Assembly: GCF_018977255.1 (NCBI RefSeq)
Contig: NW_024704742.1
Span: 17,920,001 to 17,984,000 of the forward strand
DNA length: 64,000 nucleotides
Source of the DNA: Callorhinchus milii
Taxonomy: Eukaryota
Reading direction: 5' to 3'
Shown here in pieces: positions 38,690 through 51,785 of this stretch. Numbering within the stretch: the first letter of the stretch is position 1; each line of letters begins with the position of its first letter. The position numbers were made by a program, and so were the translations under genes. The notes beneath the pieces were generated by a model. It made no database searches and was not told the origin of the DNA. It worked only from the letters and a program-made list of their open reading frames with translations.

Positions 38690-41600
38690 AGCCCCCACAG
38701 CCTCCTGCAGGCTGGCAATGTCCACTAATCCACCGCCTCTCATCTTAGCGTGCGCATCTTGGCTGCCGCCCCTGACTCGAGCTGGCCCTTCCTCAAAATG
38801 CCCCCTCTCCCTGCAACTCCCCTGCTCTCCCCAGGTGACACCTTCTCCCTCACTGAGGCACCAACCACCTGGCTACACCTACCACCATGCCCCACACCCT
38901 AACCGCCGTGGCGGTGGGGTGGCCCTCATATCCAAGGCGTCATTTACCCTATCCCTCTACTCCATTTGCTCATTCTCCTCTTTTGAACACCTAACCCTCT
39001 ACCATCCCTCCCACCTCTCTCTAAAAATTCTCCTAATCTACCGCCCCCCAAAATCCTCGCCCACCTTCATCTCTGACATCTCCACCCTCCTTGCTTCCCT
39101 CTGCCTCTGCTCTGACTGCCTCATCATTCTGGGTGACTTCAACCTCCACTTCACCCACTCTTGTTCCACCTTCTCAGACTTCTCCTCTCTCCTCTCTTCT
39201 CTCAACCACTCCCTCCACATCCACTCTGCTACCCACACTCACAGTCACCCGCTCGACCTGGTGATCACCTGGGGCCTCAGCGTCTCAGATGTCACCATCG
39301 CTGACAAGGCCATCTCTGACCACCATTTCATCACCCTCAACTCCCATATCCCTCTCCCCACTGCTTCCAAACCTACCACCATCTTCTACCACCCGTGGAA
39401 GAAGATCTCCCTGCAATCCCTCTCCATTGCCCTGGAGTTGTCTGAACTCCTCCCCCTCTCGCCCACCTCTCGCATCAACCCATTCTCTGCGCTTACTCTT
39501 CTCCACAGCACCCTCTCCACCACACTCGATGCCCTTGCCCCCCACACCTCCTGAACTGCCTCCTATTCCCGATCCTCACCCTGGTTCACCAGCCACCTCC
39601 GCTCGCTCAAGGGCCAGGTGTGGGCTGCTGAACGCACTTGGCTCAAATCCGGCCAAACAACAACAACAACAAAATTACATTTATAGAGCGCGTTTCAGGA
39701 CAGGATGACGTCCCAAAGCACTGAGCAGTCAGGTGTTGGGGCCCGAGCATGGGGGAGGAGTGGTGTAGGGGTGAAGGAAGGCAGAGAGGTGGGAGGGAGA
39801 CCAAAGGCACAGTTGAAGAGAAAGGTCTTGAGACCGATCTTGAAGGAGGCAAGGGAAGAAGCGATGTGAAGGGACCGTGGAATGGAGTTCCAGAGTGTGG
39901 GGGCAGAGAGGCTGAAAGCCCGGCCTCTGATGGTAGGGTGGGTCGGGCGGGAGACATGGAGCAGGCCGGAGCCCGAAGAACGGAGGGAGTGGGCAGGTTG
40001 GTAGGGAGTCAGCAGGTCAGAGAGGTTGGAGAGGGCAAGGCCATGGATGGCCTTAAAGGTGAGAACGAGGATCTTGAACTCGATCCTCTGGGGGATGGGG
40101 AGCCCGTGGAGTCGGGCGAGGGTGGGAGTGATGGTGACACGGAGCCTGGTGCGTGAGAGTACACGAGCTGCAGAGGTTTGGATGATCTGCAGTTTGTGAA
40201 GGGAAGAGTTGGGAATGCCGATGAGGAGGGAATTCCCGTAACTGAGCCTTGATGTGACAAATGTGTGGGTGAGGGTTTGGGCAGCCTGAGGGGTGAGGCA
40301 ATGGCGGAGTCAGGCAATATTGAGGAGGTGGTGGAAGGCAGTGCCCGTCATGGCGCAGATGTGGGGGAGAAAGGACAGTTCAGGGTCAAACAAGATACCC
40401 AGGTTCCTGACTGGCTTAGTGAGGTTGAGTGTGCAGCCGTGGAGGCTGATGCTGCCAGCGCCTGAGGTGCGGAGGCGCTGGCGCGAGCCAATCAGGAGGG
40501 CCTCAGTCTTGCTGACGTTGAGTTGGAGATAGCTGACCCTTGTCCAGGACTTGATGTCGCACAGACAGTCGGTCAGGACATCAGTAGACCTGGAGTTCAC
40601 CTAACGGTTCACCGGCACATCTGGCTGGACCTCATCAAAACCTACTGCTCCCCTCTCACCTCGGCCAAATCATCCTTCTATTTCAGGTTAATCCTGGAGG
40701 TGAAGGGCAACCCCAGGCTCCTGTTCTCCACCACCAATCGGCTCCTCCGCCCTCCCTGCTATGCCTCGCAGATTCTTTTCTCCGACTCCCACTGCGAGAA
40801 AATGCTGAACATCCTGAAGTCCAAAATCGAGGGAATCCACTCAGCTGCCACTGCCCTCCCAACTTCCACCACTTCCCTAACCCCCCTCACATCGATCACT
40901 CCCCATCCTTCCTTCCACACCTTTGAACTTGTCACCCCCTCCTCTATCATCACCACCATATTCTCCATGAAATTCATCACCTGCTCCCTGGACCTCATCC
41001 CCACCCCTCTCCTTAAATCCCACTCCACCTCCTTACCCCACTACTCGCCAACATCATCAACCTCTCCCTGTCACCTGGCACTGTTCCTACCCCCCTCAAA
41101 ACAGCCACTATCTCCCCCACCTTGAAGAAACCTTCCCTTGACCCATCACAGCTATCCAGCTATCGGCCCATTTCCCACCTCCCTTTTCTGTCTAAGGTCC
41201 TTGAGAGAGCCGTTGCCTCCCAGCTTCGCTCTTTCCTCTCCTCCCACTCCCTCTATGAGCCCCTCCAATCGGGTTTCCGTGCTGCACGTAAACTGCTCTG
41301 GTCAAGGTCACAAACAACATCCTGACCATGTGCGACCAGGGCTCCCTCTGCCTCCTTGACCCTGAACTGTCCTTTCTTCCCCACATCCATGCCATGACCG
41401 GCACTGCCTACCCACCTCCACAACACTGCCAGACTCGCCAGACTCCGCCAGTGCCTCACCCCTCAGGCTGCCGAAACTCTCACCCACGCATTCGTCACAT
41501 CAAGCTCGATTACGGAAACTCATCTAAAACTCTGCAGCTCGTGTACTCTCACGCACCAGGCTACGTGACCCCATCACTCCCACCTGACTTCACTGGCTCC

Positions 41601-42035
41601 CCATCCCCCAGAGGATCAAATTCAAGATTCTCGTCCTCACTTTCAAGGCCATCCATGCCTTGCCCCCTCCTACCTCTCTGACCTGCTGACTTCCTACCAA
41701 CCCGCCCACTCCCTCCGTTCAGCGGGCTCTGGTCTGCTCCATGTCTCCCGCCCGACCCCCCCCTACCATCGGTGGAAGGGCTTTCAGCCTCTCTGCCCCC
41801 ACACTCTGGAACTCCATCTCACAGTCCCTTCGCCTCACTTCCTCCCTTGCCTCCTTCAAGGCGGTCACAAGACCTTCTCTTCGACTGTGCCTTTGGTCTC
41901 CCTCCCACCTCTCTGCCTTCCCTCACCTGTACCCCACCTGTCCCCCATGTTCGAATCCCGACCCCTGACTGTCCAGCGCCTTGGGATGTCCTCCCTACGT
42001 GAAAGGCGCTCTATAAATGTAATTTGTTGTTATTT
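38690..42035 (+). mobile_element. Long L2 LINE remnant (APE endonuclease, linker, start of RT, 3' end), interrupted and internally deleted
   Basis: RRGGGVALI, IYRPP, ILGDFN, HPLDLVI and SDHH endonuclease motifs; KKPSLDP..YRPIS.LPFLSKVLE and QSGFR; GGRAFS; L2 tail at 41985-42035. Confidence 0.95.
39655..40599 (-). mobile_element. 5'-truncated L2 inserted antisense into the larger L2
   Basis: IKSW..YLQLNVSKTEALLIG, VRNLGILFDPELSF; (GTT)n tail at 39655-39672. Confidence 0.93.
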
Positions 42036-43623
42036 ATTGACTTATAAAGTTGGGTTACAAATCCCAGGTCATTAGGAGATGGGCTACATTTCTGTGACAC
42101 AGCAATCGTATTTCCGGACACTTATTTTTTTTCTACCTACAAAAAAAAGGTAGAAAACTGTTGTATTGTTGTCTGGTGACCTGAACTGTTGAGAAAATTA
42201 TCTTATAATCCTTCTAAATGCAGACTGCACCTGTTTATTTTTCTGGGCTCTTCCAGGTTTTTCTTTCAATATCTTGCTGCTCTGAATTGCAATGGGTTCC
42301 CCTTTATTGGGCCCACCCCAAATATTTATAACATGTGATCCTTTCAGATGTGCCCGGTGGATGCTCATCCTATCCTTACTTCTCCTTAGTTACAACTTCC
42401 AAGGTGTGACCATCCTCATCACAGCATTTCTTTGCAAAGTGACTGAAATGTTATCCTACATCAAAGGCATGATGCAAATGCAATCTCTTGTTGAATTGAC
42501 TGAATAATCTCACTATATCTGTAGCTCCATTTTGATGGTCGTAGTGGTTTCTTTAGTCCTCTTTATCACTTAATTTTATCTTTTGAAGCACTTCTGCCCT
42601 GGCTCTTAATTTTGAAGACACTTTTCATTTATCAGGGAACTTTTGCCTGAATCTTGACTGTTTTCAAGACTGTCTCTGAAACTGTTTTTGTTCTCGATAA
42701 CTTCCTCTGCAGAGAAACCCACATCAGAAAACGGTCTGTAATGTACCAGTTCCCACCCATTCCCATCATGACTATGTTGCTTTTAGAACATGAAAATTTT
42801 CTTTTCTCTTTTATTTATATGCAAGTTATGGCTGGTAGATACGCACTATAGCACCCCAATATAAAATGAGAATTCTGTTACGTGTTGCATTGTCTATGGC
42901 TACATATATTAAAAACACACACTAGGCAGTAAAGTTTGCTACGTTTAATGAACACAATGAATATGTTATGAAACGCCACAACCTTTACTGGTCTATTAGT
43001 GATGGGTGCATGCTGAGATTATAAAATCATGCTTTGCAAGTTGTGAAAAGCTGATGCAGTGTTCAGATCCTTGTGCACTGTATGCTGATAATCACAAGAG
43101 TAGATTTTAAAAATAAATGTGTTAAAAAATATATAATTTTATTGTGGCGATTGGAATTCTAAACGGCAGTGCTAACTAAAACGTATTATTCCCTATTTCT
43201 AAAAATGTTGTGAAAATTAAGTGTTGAACAGGTATAATGCTAATAAAAGCAGAAAAACAGTCTAATTCCCAAACTCAGCGTGCTCAAAACACACAGCAAG
43301 GCAGACTTTCCATTCAGTGCTTACACCCAGTTTGATGTTTGGCAGTGTTCAGTTACTGCTGTAAAGTTTGTTAACAGATATTCAGAAACCTCCGTAATAA
43401 TTTTTCAGTCAACACGAGTGATATCCTGCTTGCCGTTACGCATTGGGGACTTTGGTATTGTCCGTTTCTCATGGTTTAAATCACCAAAAATCCTACACAT
43501 AGCAAGCAGGGCATCAACCCTAATATGCTGACATCAAGTTTATTATACAATCATGCAAATGTCCTATTCCTTTGGATAGGAGCAGAGTTTCACATCTGTA
43601 CAAAGCTGACACGTGCATCTTAC

Positions 43624-43734
43624 CTTTAAAATAAGGGACATAGTTAGGTGTGAGGGTGGATGCAGGGCTGGAGGGTGATGATAAGGAGCTGTAACTACCA
43701 GTATGCAGGGAATGAATACCAGCAGAGGAGAGTT
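43624..43734 (-). CDS. ablim2: ablim2 exon, 111 nt (probable cassette): ELSSAGIHSLHTGSYSSLSSPSSPASTLTPNYVPYFK
   Basis: tgttcag|AA...AAAG|gtaag; phase 1 to 1; ends YVPYFK, like the recalled YIPYFR optional exon of ABLIM2. Confidence 0.87.
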
Positions 43735-44384
43735 CTGAACAGAACACAAATGGGGAAAGTTATAGAGAAAAGAAAGTATTTAAGTAGATTTGGTAGTGAT
43801 GATCTGGTGTGGAAAGTTCCACCTTCTAAAGATTTCTGTTTTTGGTCATTTCTCGCCCTCTCCAGGGGTCTCCAGACCGGCACGTCATATTTAGTGTGCA
43901 TTGATGAGAAACTATAGTTGTTCCCAGCCCCTGTAAAGCTATGAAAACTGTGCAGTTGACCCACCATTCATTTCCGTCTGTTTTACTGTGGGAGGAAAAG
44001 CAACCTCAGATCCATTCAATGCCTGTCCAGTGCTCGACGGTTAGTGGTAACAACAGCTGACAATCCTCAACCCAACACTTTAGAAGAAGCATGGTGTGGC
44101 CTGGGGTTGTTTGTGGGGAAGGGGAAAATAACAAAGGATAAAAGTTCAATTTCTCATACACCTTGGGTGTGAGGAAACTATTCATAATAGATATTTAATT
44201 TTGCCTTCTCATCAGCTCTCAAGAGCTGATTTTTGATTAGATACTCTTAGGACAGATTGCTGTCAATAAACAAAAATAATACACACCTTCATTAAAACCT
44301 GCATTTTAGATTCAGACCTGGACAAACTGTCTGTGGGTTATTTCCATGTTCCTCATGAGCTCCATTTGGTATTTAGAGATATAT

Positions 44385-44510
44385 TGTTGTGTGCAATTGG
44401 CTGCCACGTTTTGCAAACAAAATGTATTGTCAATTCACTTTACAGTATATTCTGTGAAGTGCTTTGAGACATCTCAAAGGCTCTATATCAAATGCAAATG
44501 TTATTATTAT
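44385..44510 (+). mobile_element. SINE 3' fragment
   Basis: tgtgcaattggctgcc...tcaattcactttacagtatattctgtgaag. Confidence 0.85.
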
Positions 44511-44773
44511 ATGCCAGATCACCATAATATCCCAACAATATACTACAACTGAATTTAAATTGGAGATGTTGACAGACATGAGGTAAATTTTAAAAATTCT
44601 TACATTTGGTATATCCCCTTTCACAAAAAGAGGGGATGTTTCAAAGTGCTTCAGGGGATTTACCGTGAAGTGTGGCAACTGCATTTTTATTTGGCAAAAT
44701 AAAAACTGGGCTCCACCTTTTGACTCTGCAACTATGCTTTTTTCACAAATAGGTCCATTTTTTAATTTGTTTT

Positions 44774-45098
44774 AATAATTATAATAATAATCCTTACATT
44801 TGATATAGCGCTTTTCACGTCGGGAGGATGTCCCAAAGCGCTTCACAGAACACACTGTAAAGTGAATTGACTGTATATTTGTGGGCGAACGCGGCAGCCA
44901 ATTGCGCACAGCAATGTCCCACAAACAGTCGTAGATTGAAAATGACCAATTTATTATTGTTTTGTTTTTTGAAGGGATTATTATTAGGCTCTGTGTGGAG
45001 TAAGGAAACTTGCCCAAGGTTTCGCCCTCTGCCTGGAATTGAACTCAGGTCTCTCGCTCGCAAAGCGAGTGCTCTAACCACTGAGCTACAGGACTCCA
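44774..45098 (-). mobile_element. Full-length young tRNA-derived SINE
   Basis: Nearly identical to 11270-11594. Confidence 0.95.
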
Positions 45099-46048
45099 CG
45101 TTTTGTCCTATGAGATTATAATGCTAAAAGCTGTGCTTTTAAAATGCAGAATTCTAGTGTTTGCACGTACAGGACTGAGAGGCAGGGCTGATAGGTGACA
45201 CCTGAGTCACTTTATGCCCCATCTTTGGCAGTACTGTAAAAAGAAGCAGCAGAAACGTTTCCTAAATTGGATGCAAGCAACGATCTCTCTCGGTCTGCTT
45301 CTTTAGATGTTGATAGTGGCAGACGTAGCTCCGTTTGGTCAACTGTATAACTTCAATTTAAGTTCTGGAAAAGAAGCACTTTTGTGACCTAATACATTCA
45401 AAGCTTTAGCGCAGTGAATAATTGGAATCTGCACAGTGTGAATTATACAGTGTCAGATTTCATCCATTTCACAAATGAAATGAAGAAAATAAATTAAGTT
45501 AACATAAACTTAGAAGTCAGTCCGTATAGACCCTGGAGAGTTTATATAGCCCAATGATGTGCTGAGAATAGGTTGAAATGTGAGTCTGTTTAAAGAAACA
45601 ATGAATTTAAATCAGTGTTGTCAGTCATGTTCCAATCAAATATAACCTTTCAGAATATAACAATCTATTAACTAGAACTGAGTCTATTTGAAGATGACTG
45701 CACTTTGCTATTATTTTTGTGTTCAAGTGAATTAATTTGGAATTAAAAATAATAGTGAAAGGATGTGCATTTCAACCTGTGATTTCCCACAGGAGAAGTT
45801 CCACTTCTGTCTGCGTGATTGGGAGAGGTAATGACTAGAGGACAGACATTTCCCCTGCGTGGAACCTTTAATATTAGAGCTTAAGAGTTTTGTTGTGCCT
45901 CCTAGTGTCTGGTTACGCAGTGCTGTTGCTCGAGGCCTGTATTTAGGGTGCCTGGTTGCCTTCTCAGCCAGGTAAAGCACCTTACTTCCCCAGAAGAGTG
46001 CTGGATTTGATTGTGTATTTATAATACTGTGACAGAGGTGTTCATTAC

Positions 46049-46166
46049 CTGGTCTATGGAAATGCTGGGGTGAGCGGGACCACGTTGGGGTGTAACGTCC
46101 ATAGCCAAGAGACCCGATGGATCCAGGACTGGAGGCCCTGCGCTGTCGGGGTCCTTCCTGTTCACC
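46049..46166 (-). CDS. ablim2: ablim2 exon, 118 nt: GEQEGPRQRRASSPGSIGSLGYGRYTPTWSRSPQHFHRP
   Basis: attgcag|GGT...CCAG|gtaat; GRYTPT-SRSPQH motif; phase 0 to 1. Confidence 0.95.
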
Positions 46167-46414
46167 CTGCAATACAAAAAGGCTTCTGAATCATCTGCTA
46201 TCTTAAGGGTTTGTGTAAAATGCTTAAACTATGTTCAAACTGTACTCACTGGTTACTTTTCAGAGTGCTACTTCTGAACTTCCTTACTATCTAAGCATTT
46301 TAGGTGAATTTATGAGTTAATTTAAACCTTTAGATTTGTAACAAACTTCTGTGTTACCTACAGAAATAGGCCTATTTCAAATGCATTGATGCCACAGAAA
46401 TGTCAGTATAAAAA

Positions 46415-46560
46415 TAAATAATAATCCTTGCATTCGATATAGCACTTTTCATGCTTCTAGACGTTTCAAAGAGCTCCATAGAATATACTGTTGGGTGAAA
46501 TGACTGTATAATTGTGGGAAAAACAGTTGTGGATTGAAGTGACCATTTATTATTGTTTTT
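46415..46560 (-). mobile_element. SINE 3' fragment
   Basis: aataataatccttgcattcgatatagcacttttc tail. Confidence 0.8.
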
Positions 46561-47209
46561 ATGTAGATCAAGGAGAACGGAGTGCATCATATAATGAAGC
46601 TACTTCAGATCAACCTCGATTACATTATGTTCTGTGATAACAGACATTGATTTAAATTCAAATGACAGTATTTTGACATATTTATCAAACATATTCTTTA
46701 TAAAAAATAAATCCTTATTGTTTTTATTCAACAAATGAATTGACTGAAGGAATGATGAATTCTAGAACAACTGAAACATATTACAAAACTTATTTCCCAC
46801 ATTTTATTCCAACAATTACTTATACTTAATCCATTAGCAGCTATTAAAAGCAAAGCCAACTTCTGAATACTCCAAACTACCGTTATCACAATTCCCATCC
46901 AGAAAAAAGACTCAAAAGGAACAACCTTTCCTATAGTTATCCTGTTGGGAACAAAATTGATAAATTCATAGCAGTAAAGCAATCTTGTCCTGCAGTCCGC
47001 TCAAAATTTCAAGGCTGTCCAGTGGTTTGGGCCTAATTAATCTCGGCTGTTACACCAAAATAAATTGAGAGCTTTGAATGAACTTTGGGGAGATGAGTCC
47101 AGTGTATTTGGCACCTTTCTGCTTTTGGACTAAAGAAATGCAAATTGTTCTGCTACTGAAATCATTCAGTCGAAAATTGTGCCGATGTGATACTTATATC
47201 TCAACATAA

Positions 47210-47320
47210 TATAACAATCCTCACATTTGATATAGAGTCTCATCGTGCCTTCAAGACGTCTCAAAGCGCTTCACAGTATATACTGTAAAGTGAATTGACT
47301 GTATATTTTGTGGGCGAAAT
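47210..47320 (-). mobile_element. SINE 3' fragment
   Basis: caaagcgcttcacagtatatactgtaaagtgaattgactgtat. Confidence 0.8.
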
Positions 47321-48735
47321 AGCCCTCCTTACTGACTGACAATTTCTTCTCCACACTGAGACCTTATAGGATTAATATATGTCTATATTGTGTTGGTGAC
47401 GTGTACTTATTGAACATTTAATTTAAGCCATTGATAAGGAGACCTACTTTCCATTTGCACTTTATATGAACAAGCCGACCTCCAAAGTTGAAGGAACCAC
47501 ATTACTATGTTAGCAAGTGTTTTCCTGCCCAGCATATGTTGGCCAACAAACAACCAACATTCTTCAAAAATCGACCTGTTTGACTTTTTTCCTATCTTAG
47601 GTCCACCAAAATAACTTGCCTTAAATCTGTCAGTCCGGAATATCATATTTGCCAATAACTTATTGCACCATTACTTTATACTTAGTCATCAATTACATTA
47701 GTTAGAGAGATATTAATTAAAACTATATATATCTAAACTGTAGGAACTTTCCATCCTGACTTTGTTTTATAACTTTTTATTTATAATTTTGCTAATGTAT
47801 CCACATGTAAAATGTAAAAATATTATCAGAACCCAATTACAAAATATATTTTCCAAATAGATATCAGAATTCTTTACATGGAAGAAATACCACCTTGATT
47901 ATAATTAGCATATTAATGAACTAGAATGAGGTCATCTTCATAGCAACACCTGGTAAAATGGATCACAGCCCCATACTTTGCCACTAGGTAGATTAAACCT
48001 TCATTGAGCAATAATTAAAAGGGAAGATACGAATGATTTACAATGCTTGTAAATTGTGCCAAAGACTGAGAATACAATAATAAGCTTGTAATAAAACATA
48101 CTTCTTATCCTCAAGGTGTAATGTGTCAGTTTGGCAACAAAAACAACTTGCATTTATATAGCGCTCCAAGATGCTGTCCAGCATTTAGGGTACTGTATAA
48201 ATGCAATTTGTTGCAAATCTGACACATGAATTGAAGTTGAATGATATCAGGACCGTATTTGAATCATCAGTACTGCACTATACTGAGTGTATGATTCGGT
48301 TGATGTCTGCTTGAAATGTGACTCTTTAGCGCAAAGTATCAGTGAAATAAATCCCATGAAGTGCACTCAAATTTTAAACTTTTCCCCACCCATATGGTAA
48401 CCAGAGTATGGACTGTTAACCCTTGGGTTTATTATTAGTTTTGCGAATACATCAGGATACAGTTCTCCATCCGAGATGTAGGTTATTGTCTCTATTGTTT
48501 GGTTACTATATTGGTTCCAACGGAATCCCATTTCCATCACAAGTGTGATTCAGAGAATGAAGCAGGTTTCACTCCTGTTATTAATTAGCTAACCCTGTAG
48601 GTGACCTTGGTCGTATGAGTTTATGATTAGATTTGTAAGCTCAGGGATCCAAGGTAAAATGGAAACAATTTGCCCAAACATACACTTCACCTTAATGAGC
48701 AACAAAAATACAAAAAGGAGAAATTAACTGATTAC

Positions 48736-48768
48736 CTCAGTTGGTATTGGAGACAGCATTCGTGGTGA
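48736..48768 (-). CDS. ablim2: ablim2 small exon, 33 nt: SPRMLSPIPTE
   Basis: gtttcag|TCA...GAG|gtaat; phase 0 to 0; matches the SPxxLSPxP mini-exon of ABLIM proteins. Confidence 0.9.
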
Positions 48769-50039
48769 CTGAAACAAGGGAAAAGACAGAAAGAAAATCA
48801 TATAGCTCATTCTTACAACCTGCCACCAGATTTGATGACAGAGTACAAATCATTTGCAACATTACAATATTGGTTATAGATCAAATTAGATAACATTAGT
48901 TCTCAAATAGCAAACAAATATGTTGATGAAGAAAAAATGAAAAACAAATATTGATCTGGCCAAACAAGTTGCCCAACACTGACCCCCATCAACAAAAAAA
49001 GGTGCGTTAGACTATTTCTTCCCAAAGTTGCTTTGAATCAAGGCAATTTTCTCAGCACAACTAGGCCATGAAAGAGCATGTGACCCTGATTTTCCTGCTT
49101 GTTTGCACCTGCAGGAAAATTGTGTGCAAAAGTCACAAGCTGGTGTGCCCATGTGCAAAAATGCACATTTCTCCCTGTGCAACTGAATTCTGAACTGAAC
49201 GCCATGGGATTATGAGCTCTGCCACCAAAGGTATTTGCATTGCTTGTTAAGAAGTGGACAGATGCTAAGCCAGCTGCCTATTCCTTTTTTTGTCCCCCCC
49301 AAAAATTCACAATTTGTTTATAGGGGAAAAAATACACTAAACTCAAAGTATTAGTGTTGCTGTTCAACCATACAGCCTGACATTTCCAAAATGCTCCAAA
49401 TGAAAGAAACTACTAATTGTGCAAGGATGAGAAAAATGAGATTGAAATACAGGGCTGGCTCATAGAGCTAGACACATTCTTACTGAATTTCAGCTGCCAA
49501 CTACCTCCCTCAAGTCCAGGCATTTAGCTCCCGCGTGCCTGTGCTTGAAACGAGGAAAAGCATCAAACCCGTTCCTGTGCTTGTGGCAGATGCATGCACA
49601 AACATTAAGGAAATACATAATATACATTTAAATTAATTGTTATTGTGCAAATAGCACTTGCATAGAACAAAGGGGCTCTGCGGCCTGGATTTTTCCCTGG
49701 ATATGTAGTGAAACATGTTTTGCGAGTGCCTTCAAATCAAAATATTCAAATGGAAAATGCGGCAGAGTTTGACTGGTGCTCGGACCACAAATTGCTGTGC
49801 TGTGGACCACTGTCCAAACTAGGTTGACATCAGGTTACCCAAACGATTACTACGGTGTTCCCCTTTCCCCAAATTCCATTTTGTCTTGTTCTTAGGTCAT
49901 GGGCCACTGAAGATAGATGGCTGGCAGAGACCATTTTAAATTTAGTATGTGCATCTAGCTTTAGTATATCTAGATTTAGTATATCATCGCTTCATTAGTA
50001 TGTGCCTCTGCTTCTGGTCTCCCGCCTCCACATGATGGG

Positions 50040-50312
50040 ATGTGGTTTCATTTGCACTGGTTGCATGAATCTTAGCAATGTTGGTAGCCCACCCAACTGT
50101 ACAGGGCATCACACTGAGCCTGACCTCTCCCCACCGTGAATGCCATGGACTACCATGTCGAGGGTGCCAGAAGTGCTGGAGGCGATTAGGACCAGGAACT
50201 CTGGCTGGTTTTATCCTCCCAAACACTGGGAATCCGAGGGCCAATTTAGCTTCCACATGCAGTCCCGAATGAGACCTGGAAACTCAACAGGAACAGGATT
50301 TAAACCTGCAGC
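50040..50312 (-). mobile_element. Ancient tRNA-derived SINE relic (AmnSINE2-like, from memory)
   Basis: Minus strand aggtttaaatcc...aattggccctc...aaaaccagccagagttcctg...ggctcagtgtgatgccc; related shorter pieces near 17830, 22440, 33800, 59590 and 60670. Confidence 0.55.
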
Positions 50313-50619
50313 TATATCCATAACATCATTGAAGGAGGTAAGTGCAGACATTATCTTCATTGACATTTAAAAAACACTAAGGGAACGTTTTATTTTCTGC
50401 TGACTCATCACAGCTATTTGTTTCACCCCCTTCAGAGCAAATTACAAGCCTGAGCGTTAACATAGATGAAAAATCATGTGTTTGTAGGCATTAATATCGA
50501 GTTAAAATATTTCCTTTAAATAGATGGTTTCTTACCTTCCAGGGCAAAAAATCCAGATCCTTCCCCTTAAACAACATTTAAATGTAACAATTTCTGAGGA
50601 TTGCTTAGTTTTTCAGTAC

Positions 50620-50766
50620 CTCCCCCATTCTATGCCTTTCAATAGTTGAGTAATTGATATACGGTGAATAGGAGATCATGTCAGGACGATCTATATTGTA
50701 AATGGCCTTAACTTTGGGAAGAGCAGCCAAATCCTTGTAGTCAAGAATCTCATCATCTAGCTTGGC
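50620..50766 (-). CDS. ablim2: ablim2 exon, 147 nt: AKLDDEILDYKDLAALPKVKAIYNIDRPDMISYSPYINYSTIERHRMGE
   Basis: ctcttag|GCC...GAG|gtact; conserved ABLIM/dematin block; phase 0 to 0. Confidence 0.96.
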
Positions 50767-51375
50767 CTAAGAGAGGAAAAGAAAAGAAGGATGCAAGAGA
50801 TAATGAGCAGAGAATAAACAGAGCGGAGGAACAAAAGTAGATAGACTATTTCACAACTATAGGAGTCTTCCAGGGAAATTGGGATATAGACGATCCATAG
50901 CACCGCAGCACTTGTTTGAGAAATCAAGTAATTCAAAATAGGTCAGATTTCTCCTGTTCCATTGATCACTGTCTTGCACACCGAAAAACTCTCCCCACCA
51001 CACACACAAACTCTCCCTTCCTAATCCTGAGTCAATGTTCTAATCCACACTATTTTTCTGAGCCAGGAGAACAGGTGGGAAATGGGTCACCTTGAAAATT
51101 CCTGTTCCTTCACAGCTGCTTATGTTTGACTCACTGGTCAGTCAATTACCTAAAGTGAGTAAACCAGTCAAGATTTGCTGCAAACTGAAATCTCTTTGAT
51201 GGGATTTCAACATTCTAGCTCACTTGGCTGTTCTGCATTCTTGAAGAAGAAACATTCAGCACATTTGATAAGGCATTTTTTTTCTAAGAATAATCTATGA
51301 AAATGCTCAGAAAGTAGTTTGGGCAAATATTCATGTTGGCATAACTGTCAGGCACAAAACAACTGAATAACTTAC

Positions 51376-51453
51376 ATAAATGATACGACTCGGAGATCCT
51401 GAAGTACTTGAGGCTGGAGCAGATGTAATGCTTTCAGAGGAAGTGCGAGTGAT
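51376..51453 (-). CDS. ablim2: ablim2 exon, 78 nt: ITRTSSESITSAPASSTSGSPSRIIY
   Basis: ttcccag|ATC...TAT|gtaag; phase 0 to 0; ABLIM RTSSES motif. Confidence 0.96.
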
Positions 51454-51785
51454 CTGGGAAACAAAAACAATAATTACAATTTAGATACAGAACTTAGACC
51501 CTGTAGCTATCTATGTCTTTAAATACGTGAAACGTGCATACAATCCTTAACATTTTACTGTTATCAAAAAAAAGTGGTTATGTGTTCAATGACTGTAAAA
51601 AGGATACAAATGTGCATGCTTACCGTGAGAATTCCTTTAGTTTCTTGGGTCTCTAATCTACTCCACCATCATGCCCATCTCAAGTGATGGTCTTTTATGC
51701 TCCCAGAAGATACTGAATACTTTACTAATGAATCAGTTACACTCTGACAACACCATGACACCCTTTTAATTCTCCTTACATTGTG

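Noticed and set aside
38679..39554. 291-aa ORF as a host or domesticated gene
   Set aside because: L2 endonuclease remnant with a broken N-terminus and stop, inside an interrupted, RT-deleted element
50531..50619. Second consensus donor (AAG|gtaaga) about 85 nt downstream of the 147-nt exon
   Set aside because: Extension hits TAA after four codons, and a separate exon would need an implausibly short intron
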